Shown: positions 1 through 10,884, counted from the stretch's first letter. The stretch is DNA of 64,000 nucleotides from Acidimicrobiales bacterium (GCA_050008715.1 JBEKMC010000005.1:2473-66472), one strand, 5' to 3'. The notes: generated from the letters alone by a model not told the origin. Translations and numbers: made by a program.

Positions 1-2
1 GC

Positions 3-1814
3 ACGCAGAGCACCATCGCCTCAGCCCTGGCCGGCCTCGACCTCGAGATGCCGGGGCCGCCCGTGCGTTACGGCAAGCCGCTGAGCCAGGCCGTCGCGGA
101 CGGCGCCGTACCCGAGTCGGTCATCGACGAACATGTCGCACGCATTCTCATGCTGGGGATTCGTACCGGCGCCCTCGCCGAGACGACGCACGGGCAGCGA
201 CCGGCTGCCACCTCCACCGTCGATGCGCGCCGGTCGCTCGCCCGCCAGCTCGCCTCGTCGAGCTTCGTGCTGCTGAAGAACGACGGCCCCACCCTCCCGT
301 TCATCCTCGCCCCCGGCCAGACGCTCGCCGTCATCGGCCCGAACGCCAAGACGACGGCTATACAGGGTGGAGGCAGCGCACGGGTCAACCCGGTGAGCAA
401 CCGCTCGATCTTCCAAGCCCTGTACGACCGGCTCACGCCCGCCGGCGTCAACGTCGTGCACGAGCGCGGTTGCGTCACCTGGTCGAGCACACCGCCGCTC
501 GAAGCGGACTTCCGGCTGGAGTACTTCTCGGGGAGCAGCTTCGACAGCGAGGACTTCGACGACACGGTGCGTCATGTCGACACGGCCGCGCTCGGCTGGT
601 TCACCTGGCTGGGCGACCCCGGCTTGACTGAGTCCGGCTTGCCGCCGGGATCGTGGGTCATGCGGGCGCGGGCGACGGTCCGGCCCGAGGAGGACGGCCT
701 TTGGACTTTCTGCCTCGCCCAGGTCGGCTCGGCGCGTCTGTTCGTCGACGGCCACCTGGTCGTGGACGGTGGCGGCTCTCTCGGCACGGGGAAGGGTTTC
801 TTCGGGTTCGGCTCCGAAGAGGCCTCGGGGACCGTGGAGCTCGAGCGAGGCCGCCCCTACGACATCGTCGTCGAGTACTGCCAGCCGGCGGGCTCCCCAC
901 TCGGTGGGCTCATGATCGGTGCCATCCCGCCGGTCGGCAGCGACGACGAGTTGCTCCGCCGGGCCGAGATGCTGGCGCTCAGCGCCGATGCCGTCGTGTG
1001 CGTCGTCGGTACGTCGGCTGAGTGGGAGACCGAGGGGCACGACCGCGCCTCGATGAGCCTGCCCGGCTTGCAGGATCAGCTCGTCCGCCGCCTCGCCCTC
1101 GCCAACTCGTGCACGGTCGTGCTCGTCAACGCCGGGGCGCCCGTCACGATGGACTGGGCCGACGACACCGCCGTCCTTGCCCAGATCTGGTTCGGAGGCG
1201 AGCAGGGGGGCGAAGGCGTCGCCGACGTGCTCCTCGGCGAGACCGACCCTGGCGGCCGCCTACCGATGACCATTCCGTATCGCATCGAGGACACGCCGGC
1301 GTTTCCCTTCTACCCGGGCACCGAGGGGCACGCCGCCTACGACGAAGGACTCCTCGTCGGCTACCGGCACTACGACACGCGCGAGGTCGAGCCGCGGTTC
1401 TGCTTCGGGGAGGGCCTCTCGTACACCTCGTTCGAGCTGTCAGGTCTCGAAGCCGCCGTCCTCGGCCCGTTGCAGGAGGGGCCGCTCCAGCCCGGGCTCG
1501 AAGGAGCTCCGCTCGTCGAAGTCGGCATCACACTGACGAATACCGGGAAACGGGGAGGGTCGGAGGTGGTGCAGTGCTACGTGCATGCTGCCGACCGCCG
1601 CCCTGACGAGCCCGAGCAGCAGCTGCGAGCCTTCCAGAAGCTCGCGCTCGAGCCGGGCGCAAGCGCTCGAGTCGAGTTCCGGCTCACCGAGCGCGACTTC
1701 GCCCGCTACAGCCAGCTGGGCAGCGGATTCGTGACCGAACCGGGTTCCTACGAGCTCCGAGTGGGCCGTTCCAGCCGGGACCTCCGGCGGATCGTGACGG
1801 TCGAGCTCGCCTGA
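3..1814 (+). CDS. GH3 beta-glucosidase with PA14 insertion and C-terminal Fn3-like domain (5'-truncated by window edge)
   Basis: Frame open from position 3 (..AGLDLEMPG); VLLKN, AVIGPNA, ETEGHDR, PGGRLPMT, GYRHYD, FGEGLSYTSF, EVVQCY motifs. Confidence 0.92.
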   Translation, partial: TQSTIASALAGLDLEMPGPPVRYGKPLSQAVADGAVPESVIDEHVARILMLGIRTGALAETTHGQRPAATSTVDARRSLARQLASSSFVLLKNDGPTLPFILAPGQTLAVIGPNAKTTAIQGGGSARVNPVSNRSIFQALYDRLTPAGVNVVHERGCVTWSSTPPLEADFRLEYFSGSSFDSEDFDDTVRHVDTAALGWFTWLGDPGLTESGLPPGSWVMRARATVRPEEDGLWTFCLAQVGSARLFVDGHLVVDGGGSLGTGKGFFGFGSEEASGTVELERGRPYDIVVEYCQPAGSPLGGLMIGAIPPVGSDDELLRRAEMLALSADAVVCVVGTSAEWETEGHDRASMSLPGLQDQLVRRLALANSCTVVLVNAGAPVTMDWADDTAVLAQIWFGGEQGGEGVADVLLGETDPGGRLPMTIPYRIEDTPAFPFYPGTEGHAAYDEGLLVGYRHYDTREVEPRFCFGEGLSYTSFELSGLEAAVLGPLQEGPLQPGLEGAPLVEVGITLTNTGKRGGSEVVQCYVHAADRRPDEPEQQLRAFQKLALEPGASARVEFRLTERDFARYSQLGSGFVTEPGSYELRVGRSSRDLRRIVTVELA

Positions 1815-1819
1815 TGCGA

Positions 1820-2296
1820 TCAGGGCCGCGGGGTGAGATCGAGGTCTCGGGGCGGCTCCTCCGGCACTCTCCAGACAAGAAACCCCTTGTCGAACTCCTC
1901 GTGATACCGGTTGACCGCTCGTACGACGTCGTCGTAGAAGGCCTCGAACCGCTCCCAGTCCTCCGACTCGATCGCGTGGCGCAGTGCCGCCATCTCCTCG
2001 CCGATGAAGCGCTGCGTGGCATCGAAGTACTTCGGCCGCACCACGACAGAGGTCTTCATGATCTTCACGGCTTCGGAGAGCTGGTAGCGGGCGAGCGGGC
2101 GGTTGCCCGCCTTGCCGGCGTGGTAGCACTTCCACATCCGGTCGGCGACTTCGACCATGAGGCGAGCCATGCCAGGTTGGATGGCGGCCAGCTCGTCGAG
2201 GGTGAGCTCCGCCTTCCCATTGTTGACGAGGTGGGTGTGGCTCGCCGGGCCGGCGTCGGCGTCGGCGATGCCGGGTGCGCCGGAGGTGTCGGTCAT
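1820..2296 (-). CDS. Conserved hypothetical helical protein
   Basis: 158-aa ORF with GGAG upstream of ATG; PGMARLM..WKCYHAG..N.PLA.YQL.E pattern. Confidence 0.7.
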   Translation of the reverse strand: MTDTSGAPGIADADAGPASHTHLVNNGKAELTLDELAAIQPGMARLMVEVADRMWKCYHAGKAGNRPLARYQLSEAVKIMKTSVVVRPKYFDATQRFIGEEMAALRHAIESEDWERFEAFYDDVVRAVNRYHEEFDKGFLVWRVPEEPPRDLDLTPRP

Positions 2297-2387
2297 CGAG
2301 GGATCTCCTGCCGTCGGATGTGGGTGACCGGCCGAGGCTATCGGCGCAGGCCCGCGCTACATTGCCGCGCATGAGGATGGCGCCGAG

Positions 2388-3419
2388 GTGAGAGCACTCG
2401 TGAAGGCTCGCGGCGAGCCCGGCCTGTGGTTGGAGGAGGTTCCCGATCCGGTGCCCGGGCGTGACGACGTCCTGATCCGGGTCCTGCGCACCGGCATCTG
2501 CGGTACCGACCTCCACATCTACGCCTGGGATGCCTGGGCGCAGCAGAACGTCCCCGTGCCGCTCGTCGTCGGCCACGAGTTCGTGGGCGAGATCGTCGAC
2601 CTCGGCGCCGACGTGACCGATCTCGCCGTAGGCGAGATCGTGAGCGGCGAGGGCCACATCGTGTGCGGCCGTTGCCGCAACTGCATGGCGGGCCGCCGCG
2701 TGCAGTGCTCGCGCACTGCCAGCGTCGGCGTGAGCCGGCCGGGCGCCTTCGCCGACTACATCGCCATCCCCGCCGGCAACGTGTGGCGCCACAGCGACGG
2801 GATCGACCTCGACGTCGCCGCCATCTTCGATCCCCTCGGCAACGCCGTGCACACGGCGCTGGCGTTTCCAGTGCTCGGCGAGGACGTGCTCGTGACAGGT
2901 GCCGGGCCGATCGGCATCATGGCGGCTCTCGTCGCCCGCCACGCCGCTGCCCGCTACGTCGTCGTGACCGACCCGTCCGCCTACCGCCTCGAGCTCGCCC
3001 GCTCCGTCGGAGTGACGCTGGCGATCGACCCGACGTCGACGACGCTGGATGAGGCGATGGCCGAGCTGCAGATGCGAGAAGGCTTCGACGTCGGACTCGA
3101 GATGTCGGGCAAGCCTGCGGCGCTGCGCTCGATGTTGGCGGCGATGTGCCACGGTGGCAAGGTGGCCATGCTCGGCCTGCCGAGCGAGGAGTTCAGCATC
3201 GACTGGGGCCACGTCGTGACGAACATGCTCACGCTGAAAGGCATCTACGGCCGGGAGATGTTCGAGACCTGGTACTGGATGTCCGTGTTCGTCAACGCCG
3301 GCCTCGACGTGTCGCCGGTGATCACGCATCGTTTCGGGGCCGAGCAGTTCGACGACGCCTTCCACGTCGTGAAGGCCGCCGAGTGCGGCAAGGTCGTCCT
3401 CTCGTGGGCCGACCGGTAA
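2388..3419 (+). CDS. tdh: L-threonine 3-dehydrogenase
   Basis: [22 protein letters not shown] zinc site, [17 protein letters not shown]; adjacent to kbl. Confidence 0.96.
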   Translation: MRALVKARGEPGLWLEEVPDPVPGRDDVLIRVLRTGICGTDLHIYAWDAWAQQNVPVPLVVGHEFVGEIVDLGADVTDLAVGEIVSGEGHIVCGRCRNCMAGRRVQCSRTASVGVSRPGAFADYIAIPAGNVWRHSDGIDLDVAAIFDPLGNAVHTALAFPVLGEDVLVTGAGPIGIMAALVARHAAARYVVVTDPSAYRLELARSVGVTLAIDPTSTTLDEAMAELQMREGFDVGLEMSGKPAALRSMLAAMCHGGKVAMLGLPSEEFSIDWGHVVTNMLTLKGIYGREMFETWYWMSVFVNAGLDVSPVITHRFGAEQFDDAFHVVKAAECGKVVLSWADR

Positions 3420-3429
3420 GGAGGCTCAG

Positions 3430-4617
3430 GTGTTCGACACGATCAGGGCTGGCGTGCGCTCCGAGCTGGCGGAGATCACGTCGCAAGGCCTTCACAAGAG
3501 CGAGCGGGTGATCGCCACGCCGCAGTCGGCTCACATCGCCGTCGGCGGTGAGAACGAGCTCGAGGTCGTCAACTTGTGCGCCAACAACTATCTCGGCCTT
3601 GCCGACGACCCCCGCGTGGTCGAAGCCGCCAAGGCGGCGCTCGACCGCTGGGGCTACGGCCTCGCGAGCGTGCGGTTCATCTGTGGGACTCAGACGGTGC
3701 ACAAGGAGCTGGAGAAGGCGATCTCCACCTTTCTCTCCACAGAGGACACGATCCTGTACTCGTCGTGTTTCGACGCCAACGGTGGCCTGTTCGAGACGCT
3801 GCTGTCAGAAGACGACGCCGTCATCTCCGACGAGCTCAACCATGCGTCGATCATCGACGGCATCCGCCTGTGCCGGGCGACTCGGCTGCGCTACCGCAAC
3901 CGTGACATGGCCGACCTCGAGACGCAGCTGCAGGCGGCCGCCTCGGCTCGGCGAACGCTCGTGGTGACCGACGGGGTCTTCTCGATGGACGGCTACGTGG
4001 CACCCCTCGCCGACATCTGCGAGCTGGCCGACCGCTACGGCGCCATGGTGATGGTGGACGACTCGCACGCCGTCGGCTTCGTCGGTCCCTCCGGCCGGGG
4101 CACGCCCGAGCTCCACGGCGTGCAGGACCGCGTCGACATCGTCACCGGGACGCTCGGCAAGGCGCTCGGCGGCGCCAGCGGTGGATATACGAGCGGGCGG
4201 CAGGAGATCATCGACCTGCTCCGCCAACGATCCCGTCCGTACCTCTTCTCCAACTCCCTCGCGCCGGCCATCGCGGCGGCGTCCCTCGTCGTGCTCGACC
4301 TGCTCGCGACGAGCGACGACCTGCGTGCGCGACTGGCCGAGAACACGGCGTGGTTCCGTGGGCGCATGACCGAGCTCGGCTTCGACGTGCTGCCGGGCGA
4401 CCACCCCATCGTGCCGGTCATGATCGGCGATGCCGCCCGGGCTTCCACCATGGCCGATCGCCTGCTCCAGCGCGGCATCTACGTCATCGGCTTCAGCTAC
4501 CCCGTCGTGCCGATCGGCAAGGCGCGCATCCGCACGCAAGTCTCGGCCGCCCACCGGCGGGAGGATCTCGAGCGGGCGGCGGACGCGTTCGCCGCAGTGC
4601 GCGACGAGCTCGGGTAG
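3430..4617 (+). CDS. kbl: Glycine C-acetyltransferase (2-amino-3-ketobutyrate CoA ligase)
   Basis: [41 protein letters not shown] lysine; RBS AAGGAGG. Confidence 0.96.
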   Translation: MFDTIRAGVRSELAEITSQGLHKSERVIATPQSAHIAVGGENELEVVNLCANNYLGLADDPRVVEAAKAALDRWGYGLASVRFICGTQTVHKELEKAISTFLSTEDTILYSSCFDANGGLFETLLSEDDAVISDELNHASIIDGIRLCRATRLRYRNRDMADLETQLQAAASARRTLVVTDGVFSMDGYVAPLADICELADRYGAMVMVDDSHAVGFVGPSGRGTPELHGVQDRVDIVTGTLGKALGGASGGYTSGRQEIIDLLRQRSRPYLFSNSLAPAIAAASLVVLDLLATSDDLRARLAENTAWFRGRMTELGFDVLPGDHPIVPVMIGDAARASTMADRLLQRGIYVIGFSYPVVPIGKARIRTQVSAAHRREDLERAADAFAAVRDELG

Positions 4618-4626
4618 CGCCGGCGG

Positions 4627-6327
4627 CTATGCCCGCACGAGCCGCCCCGGCCGGGCGCCGGTGGGCTCCCCGTTGTCGAAGGTGACCTCACCGGCAACGA
4701 CGGTGTAGCGGTATCCGTCGACATGCTGGACGAGCCGTCGACCGCCTGCCGGTAGGTCGTGCACCATGCGAGGCGCGTGCAGCTGCAGGCCATCGAGGTC
4801 GATCACGTTCAGGTCGGCGCGCTTCCCGACCGCGACCGTTCCGCGGTCGTTCAGCCCATAGGCCGCCGCCGTACGACCGGACTGCAGCGCGACGGCGAAC
4901 TCGAGTGGCAACCGCTCACCCCGGGAGCGGTCGCGCACCCAATGTGTGAGGAGATAGGTCGGCATGCTGGCGTCGCAGATGAGACCGCAGTGCGCCCCAC
5001 CATCCGAGAGGCCGAGAATCGTGGAGGGGTGCGTGATCATCTCTCGGATGGCCTCGTGGTCGCGGTCGACGTAGCTCGCCAGAGGCGCGAACAAGAGCGC
5101 CGTGCCGTCCGAGGCGAGCATCCAGTCGAGCACAACGGACTCAGGCGACCGGCCCTCTCGCTCCGCGACGGCCGCAGCGCTCGCCTCGGGTGGCGGCTCG
5201 TACTCGGGAGGGTCGCCGAGCGGGAACATCTGCTCCCAACGCGACATGAGGGTGACGGCAATGAGGTTGCCGGTGCTGGGTCGCTCGGCGAGGAGGCGAG
5301 CCTGCCACTCCGGCGATGTCATAGCGGCGACCCGTTCCGCCAGGGGAAGATCCGCCACGGCACGGTAGGCGGGATGCGTGATGAAGGGGTGCAGTGAAGA
5401 CTGGAACCCGAAGAGCATCCCCGTCGGCCGGCAGGCGACCTGTGGCGTGATGCGAACCCCATCGGCGGCGAGCGTCTCGGCGTCGGCGAGGGCGGCGCGA
5501 TACCCCAAGGGGTTGAACGGCGTCTGGGCGAGCCCGTAGGTGACGCGGGCCCCGGTGCGCCGGCTCAGCTCGATCATCCAGTTGCGCTCGGCTTCGAGTT
5601 CCGGCTGGTCCGTGACGACTTCGAAGACCCCGTGGCCGGTGGAACCGAGGGCCTCGCCGATGGCGAGCAGTTCGTCGGCCGGGGCCGTCGTGCCCCGGAC
5701 GAGCCCGTGCACGGAACGATGCAGGACCGTTCGCGAGGTTGTGACACCGATGGCGCCGGCTGCGAGGCCGTCTCGCACCGCCGCGGCCATCTCGGCGACC
5801 TCGTCCGCCGTGGCGTCCTCGTGCGCACGATCGCCCATCACGTAGGCGCGCACGGCGGCATGGGGCACCTGGGCGGCCACGTCCATCACGCGGGGAGTGC
5901 GATCGAGGGCGTCGAGATACTCCGGGAACGTCTCCCACTCCCAGCTGATGCCTTCGTGCAGGGCCGTGCCGGGGATGTCCTCGACTCCCTCCATGAGCTC
6001 GATGAGGAAGTCCTGGGTGCCTGGCTTCACGGGAGCAAAGCCGACGCCGCAGTTGCCCATCACCACCGTCGTCACCCCGTGCCAGCTCGAAGGCGTCATC
6101 TCGGGGTCCCACGTCGCCTGGCCGTCATAGTGGGTATGGATGTCCACCCAACCGGGAGTGACCAGCCGGCCGTCGGCATCGATCTCACGCCGGCCGGCGC
6201 CGATGCCGCCAGTGCCCGCCTCGGCGATCTCCGAGACCAGGCCGGCGTCGGCAGCGACGTCGGCGGCTCGCGCCTGCGCCCCGGTGCCGTCGACCAATGT
6301 GGCGTTGCGTATGACGAGGTCGTGCAT
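4627..6327 (-). CDS. N-acyl-D-amino-acid deacylase family amidohydrolase
   Basis: Start MHDLVIRNATLVDGTG after GGGGAG; PGWVDIHTHYD, GNCGVG, SDGGAH motifs. Confidence 0.9.
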   Translation of the reverse strand: MHDLVIRNATLVDGTGAQARAADVAADAGLVSEIAEAGTGGIGAGRREIDADGRLVTPGWVDIHTHYDGQATWDPEMTPSSWHGVTTVVMGNCGVGFAPVKPGTQDFLIELMEGVEDIPGTALHEGISWEWETFPEYLDALDRTPRVMDVAAQVPHAAVRAYVMGDRAHEDATADEVAEMAAAVRDGLAAGAIGVTTSRTVLHRSVHGLVRGTTAPADELLAIGEALGSTGHGVFEVVTDQPELEAERNWMIELSRRTGARVTYGLAQTPFNPLGYRAALADAETLAADGVRITPQVACRPTGMLFGFQSSLHPFITHPAYRAVADLPLAERVAAMTSPEWQARLLAERPSTGNLIAVTLMSRWEQMFPLGDPPEYEPPPEASAAAVAEREGRSPESVVLDWMLASDGTALLFAPLASYVDRDHEAIREMITHPSTILGLSDGGAHCGLICDASMPTYLLTHWVRDRSRGERLPLEFAVALQSGRTAAAYGLNDRGTVAVGKRADLNVIDLDGLQLHAPRMVHDLPAGGRRLVQHVDGYRYTVVAGEVTFDNGEPTGARPGRLVRA

Positions 6328-6413
6328 GCTCTCCCCCAACGTCGTCCGAGGCCCGGGTCCATCGGCACCGACAAGTTTGCCCGTTCGCGCCGGCGCCCGC
6401 GGTCGCGACCCGA

Positions 6414-7256
6414 CTACTGCGACGGCGCCGTCGTCGCGTCCGCGAGCCTGGACCGCCGCCCCTGACCGCGGCGACGGGCGACGGCCGTGCCGGCAAGCGC
6501 CGTGCCATAGCTGACGACGCCGAGCGTCCCGACGAAGAAACCCACCGGCCACTGCGACACATACGACGCCGCCACGGCCACCCAGACGGTGGCGAGGGCG
6601 ATGAGGACGGAGAGCCCCATTGCGCGGCTCGGTCGCGCCGTCAGCAAACGAGCAGACGCCGCCGGGGCGATCATCAAGCTGAACATGAGGAATGCCCCGA
6701 CCACCGGCACCGTCATCGTCGTCGCCAACGCGACGATCAAGAGAAAGCACAGCTCCATCAGCGACGAGCTGACGCCGCGGGCCTCGGCGACATCTCCGAG
6801 AACCGACGACAGGAGCAAGGGCCGGTAGCACACCGCGATTGCGGCGACGCACACCACGCCGAGTACCGCCAGCGGCACGAGCTGTCCGGCGCTCACGCCG
6901 AGCACTTCCCCGAACAGGAGCGAGTAGACCTCCGGGGCGTACTCGACGCTCATCGAGAGGAAGAGCGCACCGAGCCCGAGCAGCACGACGAGGGAGAGCG
7001 CGGTGGCCACGTCAGGCCGGCCGCGCCGGCCGAGCCAACCGATGCCGAGGGCGCCGAGGACTGCGAAGACGCCGAGACCGAGCAGCGTGTTGGCCCCGAC
7101 GAGGCTGGCGCCGGCCGCTCCGGCGAAGGCTCCTTGGGGAACGGCATGGGCGGCAAAGGCCGAGCCTCGCAGGACTGCGAAGAAGCCGACCACGCCGGCG
7201 ATGACCGCCACGAGGGAGGCTGCGATCCACGTGTCGGTCATGAAGCTCGAGAACAT
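6414..7256 (-). CDS. Metal (Zn/Mn) ABC transporter permease
   Basis: ABC-3/ZnuB-like hydrophobic protein (F.AHA, LLFGEVLGV, AEARGV). Confidence 0.9.
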   Translation of the reverse strand: MFSSFMTDTWIAASLVAVIAGVVGFFAVLRGSAFAAHAVPQGAFAGAAGASLVGANTLLGLGVFAVLGALGIGWLGRRGRPDVATALSLVVLLGLGALFLSMSVEYAPEVYSLLFGEVLGVSAGQLVPLAVLGVVCVAAIAVCYRPLLLSSVLGDVAEARGVSSSLMELCFLLIVALATTMTVPVVGAFLMFSLMIAPAASARLLTARPSRAMGLSVLIALATVWVAVAASYVSQWPVGFFVGTLGVVSYGTALAGTAVARRRGQGRRSRLADATTAPSQ

Positions 7257-7270
7257 GCTCGTCCAGTGCC

Positions 7271-8149
7271 CTAGGAGACCGGCGTCGCCGGGCGGCGGGT
7301 GCGCGTGAAACCGGAGAGCAGGTAGGCGGCGAAGATCAGGACGACCACGAAGAAACTGACCGGCCAGCCCCGTCCAGCCGGAGGCCAGCTATGGCTGTCG
7401 TAGGCGAGCACGATGCCGAGCCAGGTCGCACCGATACCGATGAGGCCGGCGGTCACCATGGCGCGGCCCGGCCGGCTGGTGAGACGAAGTGCGGTAGCCG
7501 CCGGCCCGATGAGCAGGGCCGTGCTGAGCACGGCACCGATCGTGATGGCGGCGAGGGCGACGGCGAGGGCCGTGGCGGCGAGGTAGCAGACCCCGACGAG
7601 TCGGACGGGGACACCGCGCGACGACGCCATGTCGGCGTTGAGCGAGCTCAGCAGGAGCATGCGATAGCAGGGGAGGACGATGGCGAGTACGAGCAGGCCA
7701 CACAGCGCGGCGATCACGGCCGTGCTGTGGTCGATGACGAAGATCGAGCCGAACAGGACCGTCATGGAGGCGCCCGTCGTGGTCGAGCTCGTCGTGTCCA
7801 GGTAGAGGAACAGCGCAGCGAGCCCGAGTACGCCCCCGAGCACGATGCCCGTCGCCACATCGCGGCCCCTCGCCCGCTGTACGCCGATCATCTCCATGGC
7901 GGACGTGGCCGCCAGCCCCATGACGACGAAACCCCAGATGGGATTGACCCCGAGAAGGAACGCGCCCGCGCCGCCCGTCGTGCTCACGTCCGAGAAGGCG
8001 TGGCCGGCGAACGACTGCCCGCGGATGACCGTGAAGACCCCGACCGGCCCGGACACGACCGACACGACCGCTCCGAGCACCAGTGCCACGTGCACCGCCG
8101 AGCTGTCGAAGAAGCCGGCAGCGAACAGGGGCTGGAGGAAGTGGCCCAT
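7271..8149 (-). CDS. Metal (Zn/Mn) ABC transporter permease (second paralog)
   Basis: RGQSFAGHA, LFGSIF, ASSRGV motifs; multiple TM segments. Confidence 0.9.
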   Translation of the reverse strand: MGHFLQPLFAAGFFDSSAVHVALVLGAVVSVVSGPVGVFTVIRGQSFAGHAFSDVSTTGGAGAFLLGVNPIWGFVVMGLAATSAMEMIGVQRARGRDVATGIVLGGVLGLAALFLYLDTTSSTTTGASMTVLFGSIFVIDHSTAVIAALCGLLVLAIVLPCYRMLLLSSLNADMASSRGVPVRLVGVCYLAATALAVALAAITIGAVLSTALLIGPAATALRLTSRPGRAMVTAGLIGIGATWLGIVLAYDSHSWPPAGRGWPVSFFVVVLIFAAYLLSGFTRTRRPATPVS

Positions 8150-8151
8150 GG

Positions 8152-9000
8152 TCAGTCGGGAGGCGGGAGGACGGTGATGTCGTGGGTGTCCCCGCCGGCG
8201 TCGATCCCGGCGCCCGACACGACGAGCACGCGGCCGTGCAGCCGCAGGACGTCGACGTGGTGCCCGTAGAGAGCGCTCAGCACTTCGGATCGCACGACCT
8301 CGTCGGCGGTCCCGCTGACCGCCCTTCCGTTGGCGATGTAGACGATGCGGTCCATCACGGGAAGGAGCGTGTTCACCTCGTGGGCCGAGATGAACACGGC
8401 GATGCCCTGTTCCCTCGCCACGCTGCCCAGCAAGTCGACGACCTCCTGAGCGCTTCGCAGGTCGAGGTTGGCGAGCGGTTCGTCGAGGAGTAACAGCTTG
8501 GGGCGGCTGATGATGGCATGGGCGATGAGGACGCGCTGCTGCTCCCCGCCGGAGAGCGTGCCGACCCGCGCGCGGCCGAACTCGCCGGCACCGACGGCTT
8601 GCAGCGCATCGTCCACGAGCTGCTCCCGGCGGCGGGACCGAAACGGTATCCCGAGCCGGTGCCCATCGAGGCCGAGCGCCACGACGTCTCGGGCGCGCAG
8701 CGGCAGGTCAGGGTCGAGCAGGAACTTCTGCGGCACGTAGCCGATCACCGGGTGCCGCCGGTCGTGCACCCCGCCCGCCACGACGACCGATCCGTGCTGG
8801 GTCGGCTGGAGGCCGAGCACCACGCGCAAAAGCGTGGTCTTGCCGGAGCCGTTCGGACCGATGAGGCCCGTTACCTCGCCGGCGCGCAGCGTGAAGGCGA
8901 CGTCGTGCAGCACCTCGCGCCCCGCGAAGGAGACACTGACGTCGTCGACGGCGAGGACCTCGTCGCCGGATCGCGTCGGGGGCGGAGGTGCCCCCGTCAT
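8152..9000 (-). CDS. Metal ABC transporter ATP-binding protein
   Basis: Walker A GPNGSGKT, LSGGEQQR signature, LLLLDEP Walker B. Confidence 0.95.
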   Translation of the reverse strand: MTGAPPPPTRSGDEVLAVDDVSVSFAGREVLHDVAFTLRAGEVTGLIGPNGSGKTTLLRVVLGLQPTQHGSVVVAGGVHDRRHPVIGYVPQKFLLDPDLPLRARDVVALGLDGHRLGIPFRSRRREQLVDDALQAVGAGEFGRARVGTLSGGEQQRVLIAHAIISRPKLLLLDEPLANLDLRSAQEVVDLLGSVAREQGIAVFISAHEVNTLLPVMDRIVYIANGRAVSGTADEVVRSEVLSALYGHHVDVLRLHGRVLVVSGAGIDAGGDTHDITVLPPPD

Positions 9001-9938
9001 AGCCGAGTGGTCGAAACGTTGGAGGCGAGAGCCTTGCGGAGCGCCCCGACCTCGGCCAGCATCCAGCTCTGGTAGTCGTACCCGGACGGCATCGTCTCGT
9101 AGACGGCGACGACGGGGACGCCGGCTTGTTGCGCCTGTGCGAGGAACGACTGGGTGATCGAGTCTGTGACTTGCTCGTTGTAGAGGAACACCCTCACGTG
9201 ATGCCCGTCGAGGAGGCTCTCCTCTGTCGACACGTCCTGCGGGGACGGGTCGACGCCGTTCATGATGTCGGCCTGCAACGACCAGGGGGTCCGGTTCTGT
9301 AGGCCGGCGGCTTCGAGCAGATAGTCGCCGACCGGCTCGGTCGTCGCCACCGGGGCGCCCGGGAAGTCAGCCTTCAGGGCGGCGATCGCGTGTGCCAACG
9401 GCGCCAGCGAAGCTTCGAAGGCACCGGCGCGGGCGTGAAAGAAGGCGGCATGACCTGGCTCGAGGGCTGCGAGATCAGTGGCGACTGCCTCCGCCACCGC
9501 CGGCATCGTCGCCGGCTGGTACCACAGGTGCGGGTTGGAGGTCGTCGTGCCGGACAGCCCGCTGAGGTCCTGGACGACGATGAGCTTGCGCCGCGGGTTC
9601 GGCGCCGCCGACTCGATCTTCGACATGAACGTGTCGTAGCCGAGGCCGTTCTGTACGACGAGCTCGGCTCCGCTCACCGCTTCGGCCACCTGCGGGCTTG
9701 CCTCGAAGGTGTGGGGATCGGTGTTCGGGTTGGACATGACGGCGGTGACGCTCACGTACGGACCACCGACCTGCGAGATCACGTTGGCGTACTCGTTCTC
9801 CGCGCCGACGGCGTCGATCACGCCGGCGGCGCCGGAGCTGGTCCTCGAGCAGCCTGTCGCGCTCAATGCGATCGCCACGACGGCGCCGGCGATGCGCAGC
9901 GGCCGACCGGTACGTCGGCCATGTCGTCTCCTGGGCAT
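8997..9938 (-). CDS. Metal (Zn/Mn) ABC substrate-binding lipoprotein
   Basis: Arg-rich signal and ATGC lipobox; DPHTFE, NPHLWY, TEPV motifs of TroA/ZnuA family; start at ATG 9938 is an estimate. Confidence 0.9.
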   Translation of the reverse strand: MPRRRHGRRTGRPLRIAGAVVAIALSATGCSRTSSGAAGVIDAVGAENEYANVISQVGGPYVSVTAVMSNPNTDPHTFEASPQVAEAVSGAELVVQNGLGYDTFMSKIESAAPNPRRKLIVVQDLSGLSGTTTSNPHLWYQPATMPAVAEAVATDLAALEPGHAAFFHARAGAFEASLAPLAHAIAALKADFPGAPVATTEPVGDYLLEAAGLQNRTPWSLQADIMNGVDPSPQDVSTEESLLDGHHVRVFLYNEQVTDSITQSFLAQAQQAGVPVVAVYETMPSGYDYQSWMLAEVGALRKALASNVSTTRL

Positions 9939-9958
9939 AATGAGAACGATAACCATTC
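9938..9958. promoter_or_regulatory. Putative Zur/Fur-family operator
   Basis: TAATGAGAACGATAACCATTC, an AT-rich imperfect palindrome (AATG..CATT) resembling actinobacterial Zur boxes, abutting the SBP start codon. Confidence 0.6.
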
Positions 9959-10047
9959 GCACTTGGGCGGGCAACCGCCGGACACCCGTCGACTAGTCTC
10001 ACCTCCGTGGTGCAGGGGGTCGAGACCAGCGTGACCAGCGGCTCTCG

Positions 10048-10884
10048 ATGAGCACCAGCACGGACGATCCCCAGACGTCGTCGTCGGCACGTCCGGTCGA
10101 CCGAGCGGCGGCCTTTGCTGCCGGCCCGACCAAGATCCCCCCGCGCGTCATCGTCATCGGCCTTGCCGTGATCGTCGCACTCGCCCTGCTCGGAATCCTG
10201 GGTGAGCGCTTCTTCTCGAGCGTGGGGCTCAACCCCGTGGCCCCGAAGTCCCCGCCGAAGGCATCGCCGACCACCCTGCCGGCAGGGATACCGCAACTCG
10301 ACGCCCCGCTCTCCGCTTTCATGGGGATCAAGGCGATGACACCGTTGGCGGCGCCCGGTTTCTCGCTCGTCGATCAGGCGGGCAAGGCCGTAAGCCTCGC
10401 CCGCCAACACGGCAAGGTTGTCGTGCTCACGTTCTTCGACGACAGCTGCAGCGACATCTGCCCGGTGCTGGAGGCGGAGATTGCGGCCGCCGCCACCGAC
10501 CTCGGGCGCTCGTCGGACCGGGTGGTGTTCCTCACGGTGAACACCGATCCGATGAGCCCCGTCGTGAGCGCGACATCGCCCGCGGTCAGCGATTCGGCCC
10601 TGAGCAACGTCACCAACTGGCATCTCCTCGGCGGTTCGCTCGCCGCCCTCGACCGCGTCTGGCGTGACGACGGCGTATCGGTCGCCGTCTCGCCGGCGAG
10701 CCGGATCGTTGCTCACAACGACGTGATGTACTTCATCGGCCCAGCTGGCCGCTTCGCCTACGAGGCGGTCCCGTACTCGAACGAGAGCCAGCTCGGCATC
10801 TTCAGCCTGCCGGCGGCGAACATCACGCGGTGGGGACACGGCATCGCCGAGTATGCCGAGAAGCTGCTGCGGAGTTCTCCGTGA
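10048..10884 (+). CDS. SCO1/SenC family copper chaperone, membrane anchored
   Basis: N-terminal TM; FSLVDQ, CSDIC (CxxxC) and distal His (AHND). Confidence 0.88.
   Translation: MSTSTDDPQTSSSARPVDRAAAFAAGPTKIPPRVIVIGLAVIVALALLGILGERFFSSVGLNPVAPKSPPKASPTTLPAGIPQLDAPLSAFMGIKAMTPLAAPGFSLVDQAGKAVSLARQHGKVVVLTFFDDSCSDICPVLEAEIAAAATDLGRSSDRVVFLTVNTDPMSPVVSATSPAVSDSALSNVTNWHLLGGSLAALDRVWRDDGVSVAVSPASRIVAHNDVMYFIGPAGRFAYEAVPYSNESQLGIFSLPAANITRWGHGIAEYAEKLLRSSP

Noticed and set aside
6328-6852. N-terminal extension of the 741-aa amidohydrolase ORF
   Set aside because: Overlaps the permease in another frame; RBS and family start lie at 6327
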